64,000 nucleotides of DNA from a virus (taxonomy: Duplodnaviria; Heunggongvirae; Uroviricota; Caudoviricetes): the IMG/VR virus record IMGVR_UViG_3300042894_004034, positions 1-64,000 of that record, one strand, 5' to 3'. Below are positions 48,150 through 57,954 of this stretch, one piece after another. Position 1 is the first letter of the stretch. The number at the start of each line of letters is the position of its first letter. A program made the translations under genes and the position numbers. The notes beneath the pieces were generated by a model. That model was not told the DNA's origin. It searched no databases and saw only the letters and a list, made by a program, of their open reading frames with translations.

Positions 48150-48179
48150 GGTGTATTTAGTGACACCATAAGTATTGGA

Positions 48180-49205
48180 ATGACAGAACCTATAGCAATA
48201 GAATTCAGCGGCGATTGCTGGAATAATCCTACTCAATTTCAACAACAACTTAATCAGCACCCACCTGGAGAACCACTGGTCTTGGACCTACGTGGAGAGG
48301 GTCCTAGCTTGTCGGCACTGGGCATAACCAAATCAATCAACGCCTGGCTCATGGCTAGGAAACAAACTCCTGATACTGTGCAGTTAATAGGATGGAGCAA
48401 TCCTGTAGAATTTGTGCCATACCAGCGTGTGAAATGCAGCAAGATAAGTCATTTTTTCTTCATGGTTCAGGATTATTGGCAACACACAGAACCCACACTA
48501 GAACAACAACTAGAATATCAACAACCTTTTGGATTGTTTGTTGGAAGAATTACACTCAGCAGAGCTGCTATTCTGTATCAAGCACATAGCACTAGTCTTT
48601 TTGCCAGCATGATGAATCACATACAACCATTTCCTTGGAAACGAGAGATAGGTGATGTTCACGATTTAGAAAACATATCAGACTGGTTATCACTGTATGA
48701 TCAGGCCCGGATGTTTGCTTGGTATGATCAACGGATTGTGACCAGTGTGGACAACAAATCAGTAAGAGATCAATTTGCTACTCCTGCATCATCAGCAGAA
48801 ACCAATACTAGTTTGTTGCAGCACTATCACAATTTTGCTGTGGAGATAGTGTGTGAAACTTACACCTTAGGAAATACATTCTTTCCTACTGAAAAAACCA
48901 TACGTCCTATCATGGCTGCCAAACCCATGTTGGTATATGCACCACGTTACTATCTAGCAAGATTGCGCAGCATAGGGTTCCAAACATATCACAGCATCTG
49001 GGATGAAAGTTATGACCTGTATGAAGGTGCCGATCGTTGGCGACTTATGCAACAAAGTATGCGCACCTTGCTGGAGTGCGGCCGTGCAGAACAAAAACGA
49101 ATATTAAGTTTTGCACATGAGATAGCTCAATACAATCGGCAACATCTTGCGGACATTTGTAACAATCAAACCAATATACTAGACCATGATTATTCAAAGA
49201 TTTGA
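48180..49205 (+). CDS. hypothetical enzyme, paralogue family member B
   Basis: C-terminal EKTIRPIMAAKPMLVYAPRYYLARLRSIGFQTYHSIWDESYDLY aligns with A and C. Confidence 0.5.
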   Translation: MTEPIAIEFSGDCWNNPTQFQQQLNQHPPGEPLVLDLRGEGPSLSALGITKSINAWLMARKQTPDTVQLIGWSNPVEFVPYQRVKCSKISHFFFMVQDYWQHTEPTLEQQLEYQQPFGLFVGRITLSRAAILYQAHSTSLFASMMNHIQPFPWKREIGDVHDLENISDWLSLYDQARMFAWYDQRIVTSVDNKSVRDQFATPASSAETNTSLLQHYHNFAVEIVCETYTLGNTFFPTEKTIRPIMAAKPMLVYAPRYYLARLRSIGFQTYHSIWDESYDLYEGADRWRLMQQSMRTLLECGRAEQKRILSFAHEIAQYNRQHLADICNNQTNILDHDYSKI

Positions 49206-50175
49206 CAACGGCTGGGGCTTGCAGTTTCCACTCAAGAAGTTTGAAACACACATAGTTGATCGCATGCTCACGCACATATCTGCCGACTCTTCTAGAACTG
49301 TTGTTATCAATTCTGTATGGTATACCAAACAATATCATGAACAAGTACTGGAATGGTTGCGTAACAATCCAGTTGATTGTATTGTGCTGATTGCCATGTT
49401 AGATGCGGCTATTCCTGCTGCTGATTGGTATAGTGAGTTTGAATGTGAAATATCGACTGTGGGATATTATGCAGGACCACATGCTGTGGATTTTTGTGCA
49501 GTGTTCGTGGATGAATTTTTAAATCCACCATCATTGGATATTCTAATGGATCCGTCTCTGATTGATACAGCCTACATGTGTTTGAATCGCAAGCCACACT
49601 GGCATAGACAAAAGCTGTATCAAAGACTTGAAGCCAGTAACTTGTTGGACCGTGGTATAGTAAGCATGGGAGGCACTGGTTCAGCAGTAAGATCTTTGCC
49701 AACTGATTGCGAGCCGGACAATCTTGCACCCAACGCTGCTGCCACACATTACGGCGTACCCAATGATATAGTGAGTCTGGGCCACATGCAAAATTGGCAA
49801 CGACACCTGGTAAACATTGTGACTGAAACGTTTTTCGATATCAATCAGACTGGATTTGTAAGTGAAAAAATCTACAAACCCATAGTAGGATGTAGACCGT
49901 TTTTGGTGTATGATCCTGATGGCGGCACCCGCTGGCTAACAGATCGAGGGTTTGAACCGTATGTTGCAGACTTTGCGGATATCACCGACTTGAACCTTGC
50001 TGAGCCAGCGGCCATGCACCGATTCCTTGGAGTGTTGTGTGACCAGACACCTGAGTACTGGCAAGCCAAATTTCTTGCTCTTAGTGAAAAAATACTATAC
50101 AATAAACATCACTTCACTGATTATGTTCATAGTCAGAAACAAAAAATCCAAAAAGGAATATCATGCCAAATCTAG
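49186..50175 (+). CDS. hypothetical enzyme, paralogue family member C
   Basis: C-terminal [43 protein letters not shown] aligns with A and B. Confidence 0.5.
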   Translation: MIIQRFDNGWGLQFPLKKFETHIVDRMLTHISADSSRTVVINSVWYTKQYHEQVLEWLRNNPVDCIVLIAMLDAAIPAADWYSEFECEISTVGYYAGPHAVDFCAVFVDEFLNPPSLDILMDPSLIDTAYMCLNRKPHWHRQKLYQRLEASNLLDRGIVSMGGTGSAVRSLPTDCEPDNLAPNAAATHYGVPNDIVSLGHMQNWQRHLVNIVTETFFDINQTGFVSEKIYKPIVGCRPFLVYDPDGGTRWLTDRGFEPYVADFADITDLNLAEPAAMHRFLGVLCDQTPEYWQAKFLALSEKILYNKHHFTDYVHSQKQKIQKGISCQI

Positions 50176-50753
50176 TACCAATTGTTGTTGAATCCACAAG
50201 CAAAGGCGAACGCAGCTACGACATCTACAGTCGCTTGCTTCGAGAACGCATTATCATGCTGGACTCAGATGTAGACGAACATAGTGCCAGTTTGATTGTG
50301 GCACAAATGTTGTTTCTTGAAAGTGAGAATCCTGACAAAGATATCAGTTTGTATATCAACTCACCCGGCGGCAGCGTCACAGCAGGCATGGCCATCTATG
50401 ATACCCTGCAGTTTATCAAGCCTGATGTGCAGACCATTGTGATGGGACAGGCCTGCTCAATGGGATCATTGCTGGCTAGTTCTGGTGCTAAAGGCAAGCG
50501 ATTTATCTTGCCCAACGCTCGTCACATGATTCATCAACCTTCGGGCGGCTCACGTGGACAGGCCACAGACATGCTGATCCAGGTCACAGAAATTCTCAAG
50601 ATGAAACAGGTGCTGACTGAGATCTATGTCAAACATAACTCAGCAGGCAAAACATTTGAAGAATTCACAGCAGACATGGAGCGCGACAATTTCATGAGTG
50701 CGCAAGAAGCCGTAGACTACGGACTTGCTGACAAGATACTGACCACTAGATAA
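50163..50753 (+). CDS. clpP: ATP-dependent Clp protease proteolytic subunit ClpP
   Basis: Canonical [10 protein letters not shown] (Ser), MIHQPSGG (His), downstream Asp. 196 aa. Confidence 0.85.
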   Translation: MPNLVPIVVESTSKGERSYDIYSRLLRERIIMLDSDVDEHSASLIVAQMLFLESENPDKDISLYINSPGGSVTAGMAIYDTLQFIKPDVQTIVMGQACSMGSLLASSGAKGKRFILPNARHMIHQPSGGSRGQATDMLIQVTEILKMKQVLTEIYVKHNSAGKTFEEFTADMERDNFMSAQEAVDYGLADKILTTR

Positions 50754-51895
50754 TGTTTTTCCATATCAGCCAGCAGCCACAAGAAAATTACCCATGCCAG
50801 TGGCAACTGAGTAGTTTTGCAATCAGTACCGATCCCGGATGGAAACAGTTTGCTATTGGTCCTGTGCAAATTTTGTACAAAGGCTACGCAGACGCAGGAC
50901 CTTTAGAATCGCTACTTGGTCAGATAATGTTTCAGAGCACGCCGCATCTGACTGGCAATTTTTGTGCGCTGGTTGTTGTAAATGACACACTAACAATTCA
51001 GTCTGATCGCTATCGCGGATTCCCAATTTATATCAATGACGCCGGCATAAACAATTTGATTGCAACTGACCGCACTGCCTGGACTGACAGCTTGATCACA
51101 GTACATGCAGATCTTGCAGTGACCGAACACAAGTTTGATGTGATTGGCAGCATCGATACTGGTTATTCAACTGTTGATGATATTGATATCTTGCTGTGTA
51201 AAAAAATTCAACAGTATGCGCAACAGGTAACAGAGCCAATACGTGTGTTTTTAAGTGGTGGCGTAGATACATTACTGGTGTATAGTTATCTTTGCCGATA
51301 TCAGATTCCGCATGAATTGGTCTGGGCAGAGCACTGTGACCATGATGCATTTTGGTTGGCAAACCATGCTGATATTTGCAAAAATTGGGGATATCGACAA
51401 ATACATCACTGGCAAGAACCGTGTGTGTTGGCATCAGGTGCACCCGGCGACGAATTTATGCTACGCAGCCCTGTCACTGCCAATCAGTACCTGATGCATC
51501 ATGGCTCTAGTGTTTTGCAATTGCTAATGGAACATCCCGATTGCTTACATCGAGAATATTTCAAGTTACAAAAGCATGTGAAAGTATTTTCTGATCAGAT
51601 GTGTAACTATCAACCTGCCACAGATCAAGATTTTAATTGGTCAGTGTGCAATACCGTTGTGAATGATTGGCAACACTGGCATATTGGAAACACCCTGACC
51701 TGGACTCCTCTGAGAGATCTTGAATTGTTTAAGTTGTGCCTGCGCTTGCCTTTAGAACTGGCAAAAGGTCAAATCATGAACAGCAGTGTTAGCCGCACAC
51801 TAATCGAACAAAATGTTCCAGGACTGACCTCAGCACTGAGCAATCAAAAAAATACTGGGAATGTGATGAGAAATCTACAGCAGTTATTAAGCTAA
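50753..51895 (+). CDS. asparagine-synthetase-B-like PP-loop ATP pyrophosphatase lacking the glutaminase Cys
   Basis: PP-loop FLSGGVDT (cf. SGGxDS). N-terminal DRYRGFPIYIND resembles the AsnB RDRxGxKPLYY region. No Cys2. Confidence 0.45.
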   Translation: MFFHISQQPQENYPCQWQLSSFAISTDPGWKQFAIGPVQILYKGYADAGPLESLLGQIMFQSTPHLTGNFCALVVVNDTLTIQSDRYRGFPIYINDAGINNLIATDRTAWTDSLITVHADLAVTEHKFDVIGSIDTGYSTVDDIDILLCKKIQQYAQQVTEPIRVFLSGGVDTLLVYSYLCRYQIPHELVWAEHCDHDAFWLANHADICKNWGYRQIHHWQEPCVLASGAPGDEFMLRSPVTANQYLMHHGSSVLQLLMEHPDCLHREYFKLQKHVKVFSDQMCNYQPATDQDFNWSVCNTVVNDWQHWHIGNTLTWTPLRDLELFKLCLRLPLELAKGQIMNSSVSRTLIEQNVPGLTSALSNQKNTGNVMRNLQQLLS

Positions 51896-53011
51896 CATAT
51901 CTGCTGTAAATTTGCAATAGTCCAGGATGTTGATTTTCTTCACACGGTCCATGTCTTCCACAAACTTTTTAAACTTTTGATGCAACACATGATCATAGTT
52001 GTTGGTCGCCAATGCATCGACTATTGATTGCAGTGCATTCACCGCATTTTGTTGTTGTCCTATTTCAATAGCAGTTGATTTAATTTTTTCAATAGATCGA
52101 GTTAAACTAGCAACAATCTCTGCTCGATATTGATCTGGCACTACCAGGGTTCCCAAGTAAGCATCGCTCGGGACACCAAAAGAAACCACACTGGGCCATT
52201 TGGCCAGCAGCATATCTAACACCTCTTCTATATAAATGTAATTGTATGCTGAGGAGGTAATGTTCACTCGCAAGTCCACATGAGAGTATTTTTGGATTTC
52301 TTGAAAGTTCTGATGCACTGTATCCCATTCAGTACCATAGCGTATGTACTCTGCAGGTCTCCCCACAGCGTCAATGCTGAACACCACAGTGATAGGATGT
52401 TGATAGTTTTTGATCCAGTCCCATCGAATCATGCTGCCATTTGTGAACATGGTAATGTTGGCGGACAAATGTTCAGCAGCCCAGTCTAAAAATTTCAAAC
52501 AATTTTTGTCATAAAACGGTTCACCGCCTAGCAATACCACATTACGGATTCGATCAGCGAACGGTAACAAAAAATCAAAATTGCTGATGCTTTGACTGTT
52601 GACATCTTTGATATCTATTATTCCAGCCTGATGATGAAACTGCGCCACTCGAGTGCTGGCCTCAGGCCAACAAGTTTGACAAGCAAAGTTACACACAGCC
52701 CCTGGACGAATTTCCAAAGTAATATCGTTGCCGCTGTATTCTGCATAGGACCGAGCACCGTTGAGACGAGTGCTATCACCCCTGCCTGTTTTTTCTATAG
52801 AATGGCAATGCTCACAACCGCTGGGCCAAGAATCTTGTGCCAGTTGATTTTTAATTCTGATAATCTGATCAGATTGGTGCCATGTGTCAAGATTGACCGA
52901 ACCAAGTTGATTTTGTGCTGTCCATGAAGAATCATATTTCCAAACACAACATGGTTTCACCACTTGGTCATAAGAAATAGCAACCCCGTGGTCTAGAAAT
53001 TTGCAATGCAT
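51887..53011 (-). CDS. radical SAM enzyme
   Basis: CNFACQTC (Cx3Cx2C) radical SAM cluster motif plus an extra N-terminal Cys pair (CEHCH). Start taken at ATG 53011; the table ORF runs on to 53140 through the promoter repeat. Confidence 0.6.
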   Translation of the reverse strand: MHCKFLDHGVAISYDQVVKPCCVWKYDSSWTAQNQLGSVNLDTWHQSDQIIRIKNQLAQDSWPSGCEHCHSIEKTGRGDSTRLNGARSYAEYSGNDITLEIRPGAVCNFACQTCWPEASTRVAQFHHQAGIIDIKDVNSQSISNFDFLLPFADRIRNVVLLGGEPFYDKNCLKFLDWAAEHLSANITMFTNGSMIRWDWIKNYQHPITVVFSIDAVGRPAEYIRYGTEWDTVHQNFQEIQKYSHVDLRVNITSSAYNYIYIEEVLDMLLAKWPSVVSFGVPSDAYLGTLVVPDQYRAEIVASLTRSIEKIKSTAIEIGQQQNAVNALQSIVDALATNNYDHVLHQKFKKFVEDMDRVKKINILDYCKFTADMLA

Positions 53012-53077
53012 AGAATATTTAGTAACGCATTTTTGCCAGCATAAAAATACAATCTTGACATTTATTCGATAGTTTGA

Positions 53078-53106
53078 TTGACCAATATTACCCGAAGTGC
53101 TATAAT
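53078..53106 (+). promoter_or_regulatory. conserved sigma70-type promoter, family copy 5
   Basis: TTGACCAATATTACCCGAAGTGCTATAATACACACA. Confidence 0.6.
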
Positions 53107-53131
53107 ACACACAGAGCAACAAAGGACTAAC

Positions 53132-54358
53132 ATGATCCAACTTTGGGCATATCTAGCAATCAGCCTGGTGTTGACAGCCTGCGGCGGCGGCTCAGACAAT
53201 GGTCAGCCCAGTTCAGATCAGAATCAGATAACTCCGACTGTTGCATTTACTAGAGTGCTAAATCAAATTACTGAGAGAAACAGAGTTGAAACCTATGCTG
53301 TAGGTGATCTCAATGGCGACGGACTAGATGATGTAGTAGTTGGTGGGTGGACAGGCACAGGCACGTCATACCTTGCTGTGCTGATTCAAAATGCCAACGG
53401 TTCACTAACTGATCGAACTGTTCAGCTGGCAGGAACTAATCAGTACTCCGGTAGCCAGCGCATGTTCATACTGGACGTGGACAACGATGGATTTGCGGAT
53501 ATTTGGCTGCCCGGATTCAATGACTGCACGGGTTGTTCTGCCCAAAGTGTCATGCTTTGGGGCAATGCGAATGGTATCTTTACACGGCAAACTTTTGCTA
53601 CTGCCATAGATAGTCATGGAGCAGGTGTTGCTGATCTCAACGGCGATGGACGTAAGGATTTTCTTATTCGCGGGGTCTGGGACGGAACCACAAACAACTA
53701 CGGATATTATTTGAACAATGGCAATAGAGCGTTTACTTTTGTAACAAACTCGCAATTAAATGGTGCAGCAACGTGTGCAGTAGCCAAAGATCCAGTCTCG
53801 GGTCATATTGCAGTGGTTCAAGGCAACAACAACCAAGTAGCAGGATTTAGTCACAGTATCAATATTTTTGACGCCAACCTAAATTTAATCACGCAAATCG
53901 GTGTGGCCAGTCAAGATCCTGCAGTCAATGACTTGATCAACAGCATCAGTGTTGATGTCAACGCAGATGGATTAATGGATTTTGTGCTGGTGTTTAATCC
54001 TTTAGCAGGCGCAGGCGGCAGGAGAGAAGTTTGGCTCAATCGCGGCGCAGACAACTTTTCATATGCATACACAATTGACAGTGGCTACAGCAACGGCTAT
54101 GACATTCAAGCCCTAGCCTATCAAGGGTCCAGTTACTATCATTTCAATGCTGCCAACGGAGATGGCAATTTGTACCGACTCCAAGGTGGTCAATTTCTAG
54201 GGTACCTGCGAGAAAGCTTTTTGACCATGGCACGTGCCTTGGGAGCCAACCCCGGAGTCAGAGACTGGAGTGTGTGGTCTTCCACTGTTTATCGAGGCGC
54301 CTCAGGCATGTACATGCTGCAACATGTGACCGGGGGCTACTACACCCAAAAACTTTGA
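53132..54358 (+). CDS. FG-GAP/VCBS-repeat lipoprotein
   Basis: Lipobox LVLTAC. Repeated DxNGDG Ca-binding-type motifs: DLNGDGLDDVVVGGW, DVDNDGFADIWL, DLNGDGRKDFLI, DVNADGLMDFVLV. Start at ATG 53132; the table gives TTG 53078, which is the -35 element. Confidence 0.55.
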   Translation: MIQLWAYLAISLVLTACGGGSDNGQPSSDQNQITPTVAFTRVLNQITERNRVETYAVGDLNGDGLDDVVVGGWTGTGTSYLAVLIQNANGSLTDRTVQLAGTNQYSGSQRMFILDVDNDGFADIWLPGFNDCTGCSAQSVMLWGNANGIFTRQTFATAIDSHGAGVADLNGDGRKDFLIRGVWDGTTNNYGYYLNNGNRAFTFVTNSQLNGAATCAVAKDPVSGHIAVVQGNNNQVAGFSHSINIFDANLNLITQIGVASQDPAVNDLINSISVDVNADGLMDFVLVFNPLAGAGGRREVWLNRGADNFSYAYTIDSGYSNGYDIQALAYQGSSYYHFNAANGDGNLYRLQGGQFLGYLRESFLTMARALGANPGVRDWSVWSSTVYRGASGMYMLQHVTGGYYTQKL

Positions 54359-54481
54359 AATACAGGTTGCATAAAAATCAATATTCAGTTATAATACATT
54401 TTGGAGTTGAAGAATGAAATATAAAATATTAATGGCGGTGTTGTTCACAGTGGGTTTGTTTTTGATGCTGTTGCCTTTTGT

Positions 54482-54730
54482 ATGGCTAGGGACCAAGTGA
54501 TGACACAAGATGAATACCTGCGAGAACTTGCATCTCAAGTGGATCCGGACTTGGTGGAAAAATTTCGTGACTGGCCCGATGAGACCAGGATGTACATGTA
54601 TCTCCACAACATTCAGTTGGCACACATGGCCAGATTTGAACACATGTTGAAAGAACACACCCTGAACATTGCTGCCTTGAACAGTCGACCCACAGTGAAT
54701 GCTGTGAGCACCACCTGGATTGAGCCCTAG
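54482..54730 (+). CDS. hypothetical protein
   Basis: ORF. Confidence 0.35.
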   Translation: MARDQVMTQDEYLRELASQVDPDLVEKFRDWPDETRMYMYLHNIQLAHMARFEHMLKEHTLNIAALNSRPTVNAVSTTWIEP

Positions 54731-54857
54731 GCCATGACAGTGCTATGGATCTGGAGCCTGCTGACCTTGAACAGCGAAGGCCTGATTCAGCAATCACGTC
54801 CCATGCAAACTGAGCCCGAGTGCCTGCAGTTGTCCGCAATAGTACGGGTATTCAACA

Positions 54858-55157
54858 ATGACACCGGAACCTTGTGCATACGTCACAAGATCTCTGTGCC
54901 TCGACAGGAGTAACACAATGGGAACACTAGCTGAATATTTTGCTGCCAATCGTTACGTGAGCCAGTATGAAATTGGTACACGACTGTTCGGTCGCTGGAA
55001 CAAGATTCCGTTTGTGGGCACAGTGGGCAATGACAGTGTAGTAAACGAACTAGAAGGTCCCATGATCAGTGTTCGACTGGACCTGCCCATCAAGTATGAG
55101 GACAGAATCTACAATCACATTCGTGTGAAACATGCGGATGTGAAGCTTTATCGGTAG
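54858..55157 (+). CDS. hypothetical protein
   Basis: ORF. Confidence 0.4.
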   Translation: MTPEPCAYVTRSLCLDRSNTMGTLAEYFAANRYVSQYEIGTRLFGRWNKIPFVGTVGNDSVVNELEGPMISVRLDLPIKYEDRIYNHIRVKHADVKLYR

Positions 55158-55163
55158 GGGAAT

Positions 55164-55457
55164 TTGACACAGAGTCAAATATTATTTTATTTTAACTTAG
55201 GAAAAATTATGTTCAAAGATATTCGTGTTCGTGCAGCTCTTAGGACTCTGGCAGTGTTTGTAATGGCTGCGGTGTCAGGTTTTGCAATGGTACTGGCTCT
55301 GGAAACTTATGGCTTCAGAGCAGTGATGACCCTGTGTTCTGTCATAGTGGTGATCTGGGTCGGATCCATCATATACGAGTTGATGCTGCTGGAGTTGAAG
55401 CATGAAGAAGCAGCGGAAGAATACCGTGTGCAACTTGAAAAATCCACTACAGAATAA
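55164..55457 (+). CDS. small membrane protein
   Basis: Two hydrophobic helices. SD AGGAAAAA. Confidence 0.45.
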   Translation: MTQSQILFYFNLGKIMFKDIRVRAALRTLAVFVMAAVSGFAMVLALETYGFRAVMTLCSVIVVIWVGSIIYELMLLELKHEEAAEEYRVQLEKSTTE

Positions 55458-55461
55458 GCAG

Positions 55462-55490
55462 AAAGCCCCTTTCGGGGCTTTCATTTTTAC
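55462..55490. terminator. bidirectional rho-independent terminator between convergent genes
   Basis: AAAGCCCC-TTTC-GGGGCTTT 8-bp stem with A/T tracts on both sides. Confidence 0.7.
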
Positions 55491-55714
55491 GCAGCGTCTA
55501 CAAACTTCTTGAGTTCTTCGGCCTTGACCACAATGTCCGTACTGGACGGAAAATCTGGTAAGGTTGGGAACGGATGAGACTCTCGATTGGCATCAGTCAG
55601 CTTGGAATGGTATTCCTGCATCTTTGCGTCTCGAGATTGGATGATTGGCGTCTGAAGGATTTCTCTAGCCAAGTGTAAGAGTTCGAGACGAATCTCGTAA
55701 GGTGTTTTGCTCAT
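55487..55714 (-). CDS. hypothetical small protein
   Basis: ORF ending at the terminator. Confidence 0.4.
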   Translation of the reverse strand: MSKTPYEIRLELLHLAREILQTPIIQSRDAKMQEYHSKLTDANRESHPFPTLPDFPSSTDIVVKAEELKKFVDAA

Positions 55715-55786
55715 GTTTTTCTCCTGTGTATGTGTGTGTAATCTGCCAACTGCCCTATGCTTTTGGCAGAATGCTACACGAGCCTA

Positions 55787-56218
55787 TTACTTATAGATGT
55801 AATTTATGGTGTTGGAATTTTCTCTCAATTCCACAGCACCGTTCTTGAGATGGAAACGTCGAGCCATTGGGGTCTTGGGACTCAAGGTCACATAGGTCTG
55901 TATTTCAGGAAACTCGGATCGGATAGACTGTTGTGCTTCTTGAATCAGGCTACGGCCAGCGCCAGCAGTGTAACTCCAGATGGTGTAAAACACAGCAATG
56001 GTAGCACTCTCCACAATGTTGACCATGTCCTCTACCGCAGCAGGAATAACAGACAAGAACTTCACACAGGTCACTGCTTGAGTTTGATCACCACTTTTGA
56101 GCATGTAGATTCTGCTGTTGGCGTTGACTCGGTCGGTCACCGGAATTTCTGGTCGCACAGGGTCGTCCAGGATCAGTTGGTTCAGGTCTTCAGTAATTGT
56201 AGTAATTGTGTATAACAT
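55787..56218 (-). CDS. GNAT-family acetyltransferase (tentative)
   Basis: AVFYTIWSYTAGAGRSLI resembles GNAT motif A (Q/RxxGxG/A). Confidence 0.4.
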   Translation of the reverse strand: MLYTITTITEDLNQLILDDPVRPEIPVTDRVNANSRIYMLKSGDQTQAVTCVKFLSVIPAAVEDMVNIVESATIAVFYTIWSYTAGAGRSLIQEAQQSIRSEFPEIQTYVTLSPKTPMARRFHLKNGAVELRENSNTINYIYK

Positions 56219-56402
56219 AATCTACGCCGTTGGTTATGTGCAGCTATTTATCATTGGCATCAGATCAGGAAATTTTATCAGAACACTAGATTATGGCAAC
56301 ATGATCGTCCAAACATGCTTGATTATATCGCACACATGCGTTATACTATGATCATGCTGTGACGCAAACAGCTAATTTAACTTACTTTGAAAGGTAACAA
56401 TT

Positions 56403-56672
56403 ATGCGCTTTAATCCAGAAACTAAAACCTACAAACTCTTCTCCGCTCTCAATGCAGGCGAGAAAGTATCCGCCAGTGTCGCTTCCAAGCGTTTTGGCAT
56501 CAAGAACATCTCCGCTGACGTATCACGTATTCGTCAAGCTGGTTTTGCAGTGTATGCCAACTCTCGTGTGGCTGGCAACGGTGTCAAGGTAACTGAATAT
56601 CGTATTGGCAAACCAAGCCGTAAACTCGTGGCATTGGGATACAAAGCCCAGGCCATGGGAATCACTCTCTAA
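56403..56672 (+). CDS. small putative HTH DNA-binding protein
   Basis: VSASVASKRFGIKNISADVSRIR helix-turn-helix-like. SD AAGGTAACAA. Confidence 0.35.
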   Translation: MRFNPETKTYKLFSALNAGEKVSASVASKRFGIKNISADVSRIRQAGFAVYANSRVAGNGVKVTEYRIGKPSRKLVALGYKAQAMGITL

Positions 56673-56714
56673 GAGATTCCGCGCTGTCTGATTCAAACCG
56701 GACACTAGGCAAAC

Positions 56715-56740
56715 AAAACCGGTGCAATGCCGGTTTTCTC
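56715..56740 (+). terminator. rho-independent terminator
   Basis: AAAACCGG-TGCAATG-CCGGTTTT, then CTCTT. Confidence 0.65.
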
Positions 56741-56769
56741 TTGACTGATATTCACTTTTGTAGTATAAT
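56741..56769 (+). promoter_or_regulatory. conserved sigma70-type promoter, family copy 6 (TATAATACACACATG; leaderless start)
   Basis: TTGACTGATATTCACTTTTGTAGTATAAT. ATG 56776 lies 6 nt after the -10. Confidence 0.55.
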
Positions 56770-56775
56770 ACACAC

Positions 56776-57228
56776 ATGCTAAAAAACTTATTCAAACGCC
56801 TGGGTCGATACCGCGTGATCATGGATCGACTGGATGGAGAACCTTACCTGGAACGCTACTATGTGTTTCTCCGGGACCGCTCATGGTTTCCATTCAACAT
56901 CTTTGTTCACAAGTTTCTCAAAAGTGATCCGGATGATGTGCATGACCATCCGTGGCCGTTTGCCACACTGATTCTTCGAGGTGGATACTGGGAATGGCGT
57001 CCCTTGTTTGACGCTCAAGGTCGTCGCCAAGGTGAAACAGCCCGTTGGTGTGGTGCAGGAAGTTTTCGCACAGCACGGGCCAACACCTATCACAGGATCG
57101 AGCTTGATCCTGATGTCACTTGCTGGACCTTGTTCATGCCCGGTGCCAAACAACGTGACTGGGGATTTCTTGTAAAAAACAAGTGGGTGCAGTGGGAACA
57201 ATATTTGATTCAAAGGAAAACAACATGA
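56776..57228 (+). CDS. hypothetical protein (possible cupin/2OG-oxygenase-like; HDHP...YHRIE)
   Basis: ORF starting at the conserved ACACACATG. Weak HxD...H. Confidence 0.4.
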   Translation: MLKNLFKRLGRYRVIMDRLDGEPYLERYYVFLRDRSWFPFNIFVHKFLKSDPDDVHDHPWPFATLILRGGYWEWRPLFDAQGRRQGETARWCGAGSFRTARANTYHRIELDPDVTCWTLFMPGAKQRDWGFLVKNKWVQWEQYLIQRKTT

Positions 57229-57545
57229 AATGGTTCAAACGCATGATCGTTCGTTGGGTGCGAGAAGATTGGGACAAAGCAGGTACTTCTGAGGACTCAG
57301 CAACGTATCCAATGCCCACAGGAAATCGTCGAAAGAATCTAATTGGTCTGGTCAGCGACGACGTGGAAAGCGATGCCGGACTCAATATCACAGTACGCAA
57401 AGCAATTGGTGGCAAAATCATAACGTTCAGGCACTATGATGCCAAAACAGATCGCAGCAGCAACAAATTATACATTGTGCCTGATGAACTGGATTTTGAA
57501 CGTGAACTGGGCAAGATGATCACGCTGGAAAGCATGCGAGGCTGA
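57225..57545 (+). CDS. hypothetical protein
   Basis: Start taken at ATG 57225 with SD AAAGGAAAA; the table ORF begins at 57183. Confidence 0.4.
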   Translation: MKWFKRMIVRWVREDWDKAGTSEDSATYPMPTGNRRKNLIGLVSDDVESDAGLNITVRKAIGGKIITFRHYDAKTDRSSNKLYIVPDELDFERELGKMITLESMRG

Positions 57546-57558
57546 AAGTAAATACATT

Positions 57559-57954
57559 ATGGAAACTATTGTTGATTTCGCCCAATGGGTGCTCTGGATC
57601 GCCGGTGCTATTATCTTGGTCACTTGGCTAGCACAACTGGTGCTAAAAACATATCTCCTGATAAAAATAAAACAGTATCAGACTGAACTGCAACCAGTCC
57701 TGGACGTGATGGAACGTGCTGTTGCTGGCCAACTAATCTTGCTCACGGTAGAAGTTGACCACAATCAGTATCTGTGCTATAATGCACTGACTCAGGAATT
57801 TGTGTGTCAAGGCGTTGATGTAACCGAAATAGTTCAACGTTTCAGAGCCAGATTTCCGGACAAGTCATTGACAATATTCAATGGTGATGACACAGCAGTG
57901 GAAACACTACAACAACAATCTAGAGCACAACATGAAAATCTCAGTTTGCAGTGA
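57559..57954 (+). CDS. hypothetical protein with N-terminal TM helix
   Basis: ORF. Confidence 0.4.
   Translation: METIVDFAQWVLWIAGAIILVTWLAQLVLKTYLLIKIKQYQTELQPVLDVMERAVAGQLILLTVEVDHNQYLCYNALTQEFVCQGVDVTEIVQRFRARFPDKSLTIFNGDDTAVETLQQQSRAQHENLSLQ

Noticed and set aside
53078-53131. TTG start at 53078 for the FG-GAP lipoprotein, and TTG 60893 for 60941..61279.
   Set aside because: The TTG is the first three bases of the -35 hexamer TTGACC. An ATG with SD follows at 53132 or 60941, and the signal peptide begins there.
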